Notes under the pieces: generated by a model | What the model saw: the letters and a program-made list of their open reading frames with translations, nothing else | What the model was told of the DNA's origin: nothing | Databases searched by the model: none | Assembly (NCBI GenBank): GCA_010093605.1 | Contig: MU004181.1 | Location: 1,674,001 to 1,738,000, forward strand | Direction: 5' to 3' | Source: Lophium mytilinum | Taxonomy: Eukaryota | DNA: 64,000 bases | Position numbers and translations under genes: made by a program | Shown: positions 12,277 through 23,170 of the stretch, piece by piece | How positions within the stretch are numbered: position 1 is the stretch's first letter | How the letters are laid out: each line of letters opens with the position of its first letter

Positions 12277-14473
12277 ATGTCAAAACTCCATAGCGCATTA
12301 GAAACGCTGCGGCCGAAGGAGTATTCGGATGTTCCTCTTGACGACCTGAAAGGCTTCCTCGCGGACATATTCTCCAGCGCAGAGGTGATAGCCAACTCTG
12401 TACCTCCCCTCCCAGGCGGATCCGACTTTGAATCTTCCCAACGCTCGCGATCCGATGTCAATGGCGCTACTTGCGCCGCCGAAGTCACCGTCTCGAAAGC
12501 CAGAGCCCCGCCGCCTGCGCCGGATCAAGCGGAATTGCAAAAGGGATGGGGGAAGCCACTGAAGCTGTCTGCAAAGGACACTGCTACTGGCATTACTGTG
12601 TTCAAAATGGCGGGCCATGATCGACACGGAGCTTGGTTTGCGAGGAAGAGCGTGCATGAGGGCCTGGGGTTTGAGAAGTGGAAGCGGGCGATGATGAGCG
12701 AGTTCCCGGAGAGCTTGGCTGTACAAGGAGGGCCCGGAGAAGGCAATATTAGAGGCATCGGGGGAGACAAGAGGCTGGAGAGCGAGGTTGCGGATGGTGT
12801 TGGTAAAATGGAAGGTATGTTCTCCTGCACTGCTCTAACGATATCTCTCATTGACTAATGTCTAAATAGTGTATCAGCTTTCTGCACAGTTCCCAGGACC
12901 AACGACACCTCGCGAGTTCATTACCCTCCTTCTCACATCCGATCATTGCCTGTCTGAGGCTTCGAAGATTGGCGATGTCATACCGCGTCACTTTATGGTC
13001 GTATCAATACCTGTGAATCATCCGGATGCGCCTCCACGCAATGGGCTGATACGAGGCTACTATGAATCTGTAGAAATGGTTAGGGAAATTCCGTTGGCAC
13101 GCCCACAACATTCGGCTTCCACCACAGACCTGCTCAAACCCGAGCGAAGTCCTTCAAGAGCGAGAGGTAGCACAATAGGGTTCGCAGAGTCTCGCGGCCC
13201 AAAAGCCAAAGGCGAGCGAATAGATCGGCAGGCTGAGGCCAGTGACGATGACCCAGAAACGAATCCTGTGGAATGGATCATGATAACACGAAGTGATCCA
13301 GGAGGCGGCATTCCACGTTTTATGGTTGAGCGAAATACACCGTCAAGCATCGTCACTGACGCTGGAAAATTCCTCGACTGGGCGTGCAGCAAAGACGAGT
13401 TCCCAGGTCAGGAAGAGAGAGAAGGCATCGTAGAGGAGGAGTCTACCAGGAAGAGCTTCGAGAGCGCTCGCAAGAGCTTTGACAGTACGCGCTCGTTCCC
13501 AGTCTCACAAGCAAACGGATACCTTGCGGGTGTAGGCACGAGCATTGCAGATCAGGCTGTTCAGCCTACACATAGGGACCGATCAGAGCATCGGCGACAA
13601 GAGGACCCGAATGTTGGCGTCATGGCATCAATCGCGAGCACTATGGAGTCCGCATATACCGACTACGCCCCCGATGCAGTTCAGCGCGCATTTCGCTCCG
13701 ATTCTGTCTCTTCGTCCTCTACTGAAGTATCTTCTCTCGATTCATTTGCTTCTGCCGAACAGTTCACTACAGCAGAGGAAGAGCAAGCTGTGAAAGCAGA
13801 TCCGGGCACCTCAGACAGCGGCAGCCAAGTCAACAAACTTCTACAACCCGGCTCCTCCGCCGATCCAAACGCGCCAACTCCGTCGTCAATTTCGACTAAA
13901 TCCCTTCCATTATCTCCGTCAACCTCTGCGACACCTGAGCAGACGACGAAAGAACTTCAGAAAATCGAGCAGAAACGCAAGGATCTTGAAGCAAAGATAG
14001 CTGAGGATCGTCAGAAGCAGACGCAACACCGCCGCGATGTATCTCAAAAGGAACTAGAGAAGGTTTCAGAGAGACATTCCCGAGACCGCAAAAAGCAGGA
14101 AGACAAGTATGCGAAAGAGGTTCGGAAGCTTGAGGAGAGACGCGAGCGCGAGACCAGGAAGCTGCTTGCTAAACAGCAGAAAGAAGAGGACAAAAACGAA
14201 CTACTAAAGACTCAAAAAGAGAGAGACGACTGGAAAGTCAAGGCGGAGGCGTCCGAAAAGGAGGTTGTGTTGCTGAGGGAGCAGATTGGGGAGTTGCAGC
14301 GCGAGAACACTGCAATTGTTGCAAAGATCGGACGGATGGAGGGGGGTATCGATGTGCTGCGTAAGGTCAAGGAAGACATGGAGGGCGGCAGGACGAGGGC
14401 AAGCAGCAGGGCGAGTGCTGGAAGCCGTGGGAGTAAGGAAAGTAAGAGAAATCATCTTGGCGATTCCCATTAG
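12277..14473 (+). CDS. DUF3074-like (START/SRPBCC-fold) protein with C-terminal coiled coil (2 exons)
   Basis: WFARKSVHEG, FPGPTTPREF, GYYESVEMVRE, VEWIMITRSDPGGGIPRF; intron about 12815-12869; long charged coiled-coil tail. Confidence 0.8.
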
Positions 14474-15327
14474 ATTGGCATCGTCTTAGGTGGCCCGGAG
14501 AGCTATCAAACCTGCCAAGACTGGCAGTTTACGAATTTGAATGACCTAGCAGAGGGCCTTGAGCGGTGCTAGACACGTATTCAAAGCCCAGAGTGAGTAT
14601 ATGTCTCACCACGGAGTCGTGGACTACCATTTGGTTCTTGGGTTCCTGGCGGATCATGTTGGGCTGGTTGAGCGTTCGTGCCAGGGATGAACCTGTTTTT
14701 GGTGTATGTATGTACGTTGTGTATGTCTTTATGAAATGGTGGCGCAGGATCAATTTGCTGCACATAGTTGGTATGCATTCAAGCATTGCGATTCTTTTTC
14801 TCGTCTCAGGTACTCGCTCGGCATTAGAGGTTGTTTATGTTGTTTGATGAAACCAACAATATAAAGATAGACCCATTTTAGCCCGTATCTCTACCCAGCT
14901 CTACTTTAGTTCGCGAATCTTAAGTAAAGCGAGCAAACTCATATGAAGGACTTCCAATACTGATCGCTGACTTCAATAGAGGCTATTGATTGACTTAAGT
15001 GTGGCTGCAAGCCTGCACGCATGGTCTATTTCTTCGAGTATCATCATCAGATATTCTGTCCGTGTAACCTTGGTTCGCTTAAAATGAACGTATCTATGTC
15101 TTGGGATCAGACCCGGTGACCTGGCCAAACTGGCGGGTTAGATTGCTTCTCATCTAAAAAAGGTACTAATCGTGCTTTAGGCTCCCTGGTATATTGAACG
15201 GCATCTAGATCCTGGTTCCATACTCATCTTTCCTATTCATCCACCAAGGATTATCCTATTTCCAATGCACTCCCACGTGGAATCCTAGCTTTGTCCAGGG
15301 GCCATGCATCACCTAGGCATATCTATC

Positions 15328-15334
15328 GGCTAAA
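15328..15334 (+). promoter_or_regulatory. Putative XlnR/Xyr1 site GGCTAAA upstream of the xylanase
   Basis: Exact GGCTAAA about 170 bp upstream of xylanase exon 1; a reverse GGCTAA (TTAGCC) lies at 14878-14883. Confidence 0.45.
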
Positions 15335-15788
15335 ACTGAAATAGGAAAACACGACGACCGGGAAGATGAACACTTCTAGCGGCATATGTAACATATATTC
15401 ATCTCCATACCCATTGTCTTACCTTGTGATTCAACTTACACTTCTCCGCGTTGCGCCTTGTCCTTCATTGCTCCCATTCTCTCTTTCAAAGCAGATCTGA
15501 AGTGAAGTCCCTTATTCTCTTTACAGCACTGGCTGCCGTGCACCTAGCTGCTGCAGCTCCTAGTGATATCGGCCGTCGACATGGAGGGTATAATAAAACT
15601 AGGCTAAATGACTTGGCTAAAGAAGCTGGGCTACTATACCTTAGCACTGCCACTGACTATCTAAGTTTAAACAATACCACGTACATGTCGATCGCCACAG
15701 ACTCACATGAGTTCGGACAAGTTACTCCCGCGAACGAGCAAAAGGTGTGTGATGGGGATACTTACGTTGAGTAAGGATAGCGGCCAAA

Positions 15789-15927
15789 CGTAGCATGATC
15801 CCGCAATGATACTGTACCCACGATGGCTAACATGAATGCGAATTCGTGGATGTACTATATATAGAGCCGTCCCCCAACGTCTTCGACTACACAGACGGTG
15901 ATGCGATCATTCGGCTCCGCTACCGCC
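15789..15927 (+). repeat. Left copy (A) of duplicated xylanase intron-end/exon-2 start; degenerate
   Basis: Aligns to 18195-18327; acceptor TAG reads TCG; carries a 5-nt TATAT insertion and a 1-nt insertion. Confidence 0.9.
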
Positions 15928-17302
15928 GGCACACGTTAACTCGATGCTAAAAGTGAATGACTTGTCGTTCTCTGTGGCCTTCAACGCTCATCGACGAGAC
16001 TCGTCCTGGTTGTCAAACAGCCAAGCCAATCGCACGGTGTCTCCGTTCTTCAGATTGGACTGCTGTACGAACGTCGCGGGAATCGTAACGCGCTCGCCTC
16101 CACCAATGCAGATATTGGCGGTATCCCCGTATCTCTAAGTACGGAATTCGCCATGGGTGCTCCCGCTTAGCTTAACTGTCCCGCTCTGCTCACGCCCCGT
16201 ATCGAATGTGAAGTCGTGGAGTGGCCATTTATCATTTAGTTGCGTCCATAACGGGGGGTCTAACTGCGCCACCCACTCAGGGCAGTCGGGGAGGGAGTAT
16301 GTAGATGGTATAAACAGTGAGCGCAACATTATCATCATCATCGTTTCCGCTATCAGTTGTACGATGTCGGATACCCGCTCGCCGTCAAAGACAACTAACT
16401 TAACGAGATATGGAGTAGCGGCGTGCCGTTCCCAGAATATATAGTGTCTGCATCTGCTGGAAGGCTGTTCTCGACAACTCGGATTCAGGTGCTCCTGTGA
16501 TCGCGCCCAGAATCCCTGGCCGGAAGACCTCGAAGATGAATTTCGTCCGGCGGACCCCGTGTAGAGTCCATCTCCTGTTTCTGAACTGAGCGCGTTTGCA
16601 TAAACAACTTGGCGTGGGTCCTTTCGTTCGCCGCCAATGGCCGCAATGTCTTGGATACTGACCGGCCGGCCATGAATTAGAGCCTGGATAATGTTGTTCG
16701 CCCCGTCTGTGATTGACGTTCTGATTGTGCGCAATGTTGCTCTATGGTCCAGATCTAAGTGCAATCTAAGCAGGGCGGCCGGTGGGGGAGAGCAGATTGA
16801 TCTAGAGGTCTTCTGATGTGCAACAGCTTAAGTACCAAGCAAATACTTGGTACAGTGCCGCCGTTGTAGAGTGTGCTGGATACCCTCGCATATCGTGTTG
16901 CACTTCGCGTAGTTTTGTACGCAAGTCAGACTGAGCAACCAAGAGTAGCGATTTGTCCGGTAGCGTTGTCTGAATGGGATTCCGTTCGGTCTTCGCTCGC
17001 TTCGTTTTCAGGGTCTGATGATCGGCCGCTGGACCATCGTTGACACTCTCGACCAATAGTAGAGAGTTGTCTGGCGGCGTCATCTACATGGGATTCCATT
17101 CGGTCTTCGTTCGCTTCGCTGGACCATCGTTGACACGGTCTTCTTCAACGATGGGTCTCTTCTTAATGATGTCGGCCCTTGCGTGGACATCGTCGGCTAG
17201 TAAGATATCCAATATTTCGAGGGATGTGAGATCGTTGTTGCTGAGAAGGTCGGCAACTTCCATCCTATCCACGGTGCCCCATCCGATCCCGGTTGATTCC
17301 AT
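15922..17302 (-). pseudogene. N-terminal part of a GIY-YIG-nuclease-like protein (4 in-frame stops, 1 frameshift)
   Basis: Consecutive minus ORFs 17302-17084, 17083-16802 and 16764-16135 plus continued frame to 15922. Stops are TAG 17086, TAG 16804, TAG 16137 and TGA 15990, with a +1 shift near 16772. Motif VVY-x12-YTGSA...GFWARSQEHL...RHY...IAETMM. Confidence 0.6.
16975..17146. repeat. Internal imperfect tandem repeat (period about 113 bp) in the insert gene
   Basis: ATGGGATTCCRTTCGGTCTTCGYTCGCTTCG at 16975 and 17088 and GCTGGACCATCGTTGACAC twice; peptides VNDGPA..KRTKTEWNPM*MTPPDNSLLL vs VNDGPA..KRAKTERNPIQTTLPDKSLLL. Confidence 0.85.
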
Positions 17303-17612
17303 CTGATAGCTTCTTGATAGGCGAGCTGAAGACGAAAGAGTGTGCGACGAGTGAGGCCGTGATGGTTGGAGTGTTTAAGCTGGACGAAATCATACCAAGT
17401 GGCCAGGTGTAGGAAAGAGGCAATGGGTAGCGCGCATTGCGTGGCAGGAACAGTAGACGCATTCGAATATTTAAAGCAGGAGAGTCTGGACAATCAAGCG
17501 GACTAAACACTATCAAACTGTACATGGGGTATGTCCTGCTGGATATTACCATGCGTAAACATACGTTTAGTAATCCAGGCTTCGTGAAGGTCCTCCTCTT
17601 CACCCAGCGAGT

Positions 17613-18194
17613 TCATTCTGTAAAAGTTGTCTTTAGCTTCTTGATGCCATCCGCGAAATGCCCAGTCTTCGTTGTTTTAGAACGCAGCCATGCGGTGCCT
17701 TTCGCGCCCTCCACTTTAATGCCGAGTGAGTATACATATCCATCAGCAGCGGTCGCGTGAGATGCAAAACGGTAGCCTGGTTCGTCAAGGTGGAAATGTA
17801 TTGTAATCTCACACTCGTCTTTGAAGCCGCATTTGGCCATATCCGCAACCAGGATGGGCAACACGACTAGGCCGAGTATGCTGGTGAGTTCTATTCGACC
17901 TCCATACAAGGGATTAAGCTGGCGCACGAAATGTTTATAAGTAACTACGCGGCAGGGTGGGCTGCTAGATGACTCTGGATATGGAGCCATGAACGAGACC
18001 GGTCTGACAAGGTGCCTCCCGTGACTAGAGATAGTATGATCATCCTCCGGGAAAGAGGGAGGAGGTGGTAGGCCGGAAGACTCGTCGCCAGCATCGTGGA
18101 ATGCCACAGCAACCGCTCGCTTAAGTGGAAGAGGCTTATCTAAATCGACATCATCTCGTCCGACGGTGGCAGAGTGGAATTGGATCCAATGACT
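17613..18194 (-). pseudogene. C-terminal part of the same insert gene (no start codon; may extend to about 17503 via a frameshift)
   Basis: Frame is open right up to the insert boundary (SHWIQFHSATVGRDDVDLDKPLPLKRAVAVAFHD...); contains a second copy of the FAxxATxxD...LGIxV...W module seen at the end of the N-terminal part. Confidence 0.6.
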
Positions 18195-18327
18195 CGTAGC
18201 ATGATCCCGCAGTGATACTGTACTTACGTTGGCTAAAATAACTGCAAATTAGTGGATGTACATCGAACCCTCTCCTAATGTCTTCAACTACACCAACGGC
18301 GATGCGATAATCCGGCCAGCAATAGCC
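18195..18327 (+). repeat. Right copy (B) of duplicated xylanase intron-end/exon-2 start; intact
   Basis: Retains a branch-like GCTAA and the TAG acceptor (18250-18252), and continues into the full exon 2. Confidence 0.9.
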
Positions 18328-20208
18328 CATCACCAGATCCGACGCTGTCATAACTTCGTATGGCACTCCCAGCTCCCAGAGTGGGTGACAGGCACGAGCC
18401 ACACCCGCTCCGCCTTGCTCTCTATCATGGAGAACCACATCGCCCACGTAATGAGCCACTATTCCAAACAATGTTACGCCTGGGATGTGGTCAACGAAGC
18501 TTTTAACGAGGACGGAACGCTCCGAAGCGCCGTCTGGCTCGACACCATCGGACCTGAGTACCTCGAGCTCGCCTTCAAGTTCGCCGCCAAGTACAATGAC
18601 GGCAAGGCGAAGCTCTACTACAACAACTACAATATCGAGACCGGGAATAACAAGTCACTCGCCGTAGCCGCCATGGTCAAAGACTTCCAAAGCAAGGGAA
18701 TCCAGATCGACGGCGTGTGCCTACAGTCGCACTTCACTGCCGGCAGCTCGCCCTCCTATGAGCAGCAGATGGAGAACATGGCGCAATTCGTAGCTTTAGG
18801 CGTGGAAACAGCTATCACAGAGCTCAACGTGCGGATTGAGCTGCCAACGTCGAAGGACAAGGAGGTGCAGCAGGCAACTAACTACGCGAACGCGGTGAAG
18901 GCGTGTAAAGATGCGGATGGATGTATTGGTGTGACGGTGTGGGATTTCTATGATCCGTATAGCTGGTGAGTAATTGTCCACGGGTGTTCATTGGTGGAAG
19001 TGATATGCGGCTAACCACGTGCCGAACAGGGTGCCGGCGGTCTTTGAGGGGCAGGGCGACGCCACGCTGTGGTGGGGAAACTTTACAAAGAAGGAGGCGT
19101 ATTATGCGGTTGCGGATGTGCTGAGAGAATAGAAGAGACCGAGTCGCGATTGGAGATGAGATGAAGATTACTCACTGAAGTCTTGGGGTGTGTATCACGT
19201 GATGTGTGTTTATATATTCAATGACCGACTTCATACCTTTGTAATTCTACTAATGAATACGCTTCACGCCCTACACGTACAGCGGCTAGCTAACGAGAAC
19301 TGTCATACGGACATGGCCTTCCGTGCAAGCCACAGTTGCTCAACTAATGCGTGGGTAGAGGATTCCGTGAATCCCACCGGCGTCGGCATCCCCAAGTAGC
19401 ATGGGACAAAGTCTATTTTGAGCGGGGAAAGATGCCCTTGTCGACGAAGGGAAGTGCCGAGGGATTTCTCATCCGCAGGAGGGTGTGGAGAAGTGATGTG
19501 CAAGCTCAAGGATAGCCAGTGAAGATCGGCAGGGCATCGTAATTTGGCCTCCCGACCTGGCTGTCAGGCTGGCAACAGCAGACTCTCGTGAGAGTACGAC
19601 ACCAGCGTGCTACCAACCCCGCTTCTCGTCCCGTCTGACATGCATTTTTCGTGAAGTGAGAGAGCGCCACGAACTGCTTTGAGGGGAAGCCGAGCCGCTA
19701 ATGCACTGCGCTGGGAGGCTGCGGGAGCGGCGTTCCTGGGGAAGCTTGGCCCGGATCACTCTTTGCAAATGCACGAGGTTGGGATCTGGCATGATGATGA
19801 CCGGCACGCAGGGAGAGGGATAGCCAGCTGACCTGCCCAACGCGCCCAAGTTCTTTGCTGAAGCCGGCGCGCACAGCATCGTGCAGCTCTTGGCACGCCG
19901 CGACCGCGATCGAGGGCGGCCCGGCGACTTGCACACGCGGTGGAAGCGGTGGAAACGATGGGCAACGCTGGAAACATTGCCGTTCTCGGCTGGCGGCGGG
20001 CCTGCGCATCGTGGTCTGTGGCGTCCGGGGTGCTTGCAGCTCGGTCGTGAGAGCGTCATGGCTTCCACCTTGCGCCGAGTATTAAATCACCAGCGCCCCT
20101 TACATCGCCCTCCGCTCCCCTCCACCACGCTGAGCATTCGTTCAATTCCTCGCCGTCGTTTCCACCTGCCTGCCTCTGCTGCTGGAACCCATTCTTACGC
20201 CACTCAAC

Positions 20209-23170
20209 ATGAAGTGGCTATCGGCTGCAATCTGCTTGCAGCTGCAGCTGGCCCATGCGTTGGCTGGAGCACCACCCGTAAGTCGTCTCGGGAATCCGTA
20301 AACAACTCCCAACACTGCACCTTAGCATCAGTATTCCCTATACCGCATGCATGAAGTCACAGACAGGTCTCCTAGGCTTCGTCGTGGGCTTGTTCCCTTT
20401 TCTCGACGTAAACATTGCGCCTGTTTCTTTTGTTGTTTTGCGCTAACTCGTGTAAACAGTACTCCAATGTCGCGCGACAATCACCCAACAACTCCACCCC
20501 ACCGCCCGATTCTAATCAGGCATTCTCTCCGCCGAAATATCCATCGCCATGGATGGACGGCTCGGGCGGTTGGGAGGCGGCTTACGCAAAGGCCCAGGCA
20601 TTTGTCAAGCAATTGACTCTGCTTGAGAAGGTCAATCTCACCACCGGAGTTGGGTAAGTTAATAGCACCGAACTTGGATGACGACATTCTGACAGTAAAC
20701 AGCTGGGAAGGAGAAGCCTGTGTTGGCAACGTCGGCGCTATTCCACGCCTCGGTTTCCCGGCCCTCTGCATGCAGGATTCTCCATTGGGAGTCCGGTTCG
20801 CTGATTTCGTCTCTGCATTCCCCGCTGGTGGCACTGTGGCTGCATCATGGGATCGCGGTGTCTGGTATGAGCGCGGTTACCAGATGGGCATGGAGGTAAC
20901 ATTTGGACTCCTACTCAAGTAAATTCGAGACTAACTGATATCTAGCACCGCGGCAAAGGAGTCGACGTCCAGCTAGGCCCAGTCGTAGGACCCCTAGGCC
21001 GCAGCCCCGAGGGCGGACGCAATTGGGAGGGCTTCAGTCCCGACCCTGTCTTATCTGGCATTGCCGTTGCCGAGACCGTCCGCGGTATTCAAGATGCGGG
21101 CGTCATTGCTTGCACCAAGCACTACATCCTGAACGAGCAAGAGCATTTCCGTCAACCCGCCACTGTGAATGGGACTTTCTTGGAAGCTATCAGCTCGAAT
21201 GTTGACGACAAGACACTCCATGAACTCTATCTGTGGCCATTTGCCGACGCGGTACGAGCTGGAACGGGCAGCATCATGTGCTCCTACAATCAAGTCAACA
21301 ACAGCTATGCTTGCCAAAACAGCTACCTCATGAACTACATCCTCAAGGGCGAGCTCGGTTTCCAGGGTTTCGTCATGAGCGATTGGTCTGCTCAACATGC
21401 CGGTGTCAGCAGTGCTCTTGCGGGGCTTGACATGACGATGCCAGGAGACACTGCGTTCGACACCGGCCTGTCGTTCTGGGTAAGCCTACATTCTTCTACA
21501 AGCTTGCTATTCTTGAATCTAACTTGGATTAGGGTACGAACTTGACTATCTCCGTCCTCAATGGCACCGTTCCGGAATGGAGACTCGATGACATGGCAAC
21601 TCGAATCATGGCTGCTTACTACTTAGTCGGCCGCGACACAGCATCAGTTCCCGTCAATTTCAACTCCTGGTCCCTCGACACCTTTGGCTATGAACATGCT
21701 TATGCCCTGTCATCATATGGCTTGATTAATCAGCACATCGATGTTCGAGCCGAGCATGCATTGGCCATTCGGTCTGCAGCTGCCCGTTCTACTGTTCTCC
21801 TGAAGAACACTGCGGGAACTCTGCCACTAAAAGGAACCGAAAAATTCACTGCGGTCTTTGGTGAAGATGCCGCTGACAACGCCTATGGACCAAATGGCTG
21901 CCCGGATCACGGTTGCGACAATGGCACCCTCGCTCAAGGTTGGGGTTCTGGGACGGCTAGCTTCCCCTACCTCGTCTCTCCTCTCACAGCAATCCAAAAC
22001 GAACTCCTGCAAAATGGCAAGGTTGTGCAGAGTGTGACGGATAACTGGGCCTACACTCAAGTTCAAACGCTTGCCAGACAAGCAAGCGTTTCCATCGTGT
22101 TTGTCAATGCCGACAGTGGTGAGCAGTACATCGTCGTCGACGGTAACGAGGGTGATCGCAACAACCTCACGCTATGGAAAGATGGTGACACATTGATCAA
22201 GAATGTCACGGCTAATTGCAACAATACGATTGTTGTTATTCACTCGGTGGGACCAGTTCTGGTAGATGCCTGGTATGACAATCCGAATGTCACTGCCATT
22301 CTCTGGGCAGGTTTGCCCGGAGAGCAATCTGGAAACTCCATCGTCGATGTTTTGTACGGCCGTGTCAACCCTGGAGGCAAACTGCCATTCACTATGGGTG
22401 CGACTCGGAAAGACTTCGGAACAGATCTGATATACACGCCGAATAATGGAGACAACGCGCCGCAGGACAACTTCGTGGAGGGTGTATTCATCGATTATCG
22501 TCATTTCGACAAGTATAACATCGCTCCAATCTATGAGTTCGGATATGGACTTAGCTACACTACCTTCAAATACTCGAGTATTAGCGTTTCGAAGGTTTAT
22601 AGCGGGCCTTACACTCCTAACGAAGGCACGACTGCGGCCGCTCCAACGCTCGGAAACTTTAGCACCGATCCTGCAGACTACCAATCCCCATCAAACTGGA
22701 CATTCGTACCTGCCTACTTATATCCTTGGCTCAATTCGACAGATCTCGAGAAGGCGTCTCAAGAGCCTGATTATGGTCAAGACGGGTGGATTCCTGACGG
22801 TGCATTGGATGGCTCGCCCCAGCCTCGCATCGCGGCTGGCGGAGGACCGGGTGGCAATCCTCAGCTTTGGGACACTCTCTTTACCGTCACTGCGACGATT
22901 ACGAACAACGGCACTATTGCGGGAGAGGAAGTAGTGCAGCTGTACGTCTCTTTGGGCGCGCCCGATGACCCGAAGGTCGTTCTCCGCAACTTCGAGCGTC
23001 TGAGCATTCAGCCCGGACAATCAGCGACGTTTACGGCGGACATCACGCGGAGAGACGTAAGCAATTGGGATACGGATAGCCAGAATTGGGTCATCTCGAA
23101 GTATCCGAAGAAGGTGTATGTGGGAAGCTCGTCGCGGAAGCTTCTGCTGAGCAGCGACCTCTCTTTCTAA
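20209..23170 (+). CDS. bglA: Secreted beta-glucosidase, GH3 (BglA/Cel3A-like; multi-exon)
   Basis: Signal peptide [76 protein letters not shown] (nucleophile), [10 protein letters not shown], FnIII-like tail. Confidence 0.95.

Larger units (their letters stand above)
15922..18194 (-). mobile_element. 2273-bp insertion in the xylanase, carrying one circularly permuted, decayed gene
   Basis: Sharp loss of xylanase homology at both ends; bounded by direct repeats A and B; no TIR, LTR, RT or transposase motif recognised. Mobility is inferred. Confidence 0.65.
15502..19132 (+). pseudogene. GH10 endo-1,4-beta-xylanase, interrupted and probably decaying (exon 1 15502-15744; exon 2 18253-18965; exon 3 19030-19132)
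   Basis: Signal-peptide-like VKSLILFTALAAVHLAAA begins at GTG (no ATG). EFGQVTPANEQK|WMYIEP joins in frame across 15745-18252. Motifs RCHNFVWHSQLP, WDVVNEAF (acid/base) and ITEL (nucleophile) are present. Normally conserved YNDYN, DGVGLQ and TELDV read YNNYN, DGVCLQ and TELNV. Confidence 0.85.

Noticed and set aside
15789..15923. Xylanase fragment acting as a minus-strand intron of the nuclease-like gene (GTAGCG...CGAG)
   Set aside because: Splicing at these GT/AG sites would shift the frame (GGC G|TC ATT), and the acceptor context is poor.
15789..18327. Ordinary transposon with target-site duplication or LTRs
   Set aside because: The repeats are host xylanase sequence, 133-139 bp long and synonymously diverged; no TIR, TG..CA ends, RT, integrase or DDE motif was seen.
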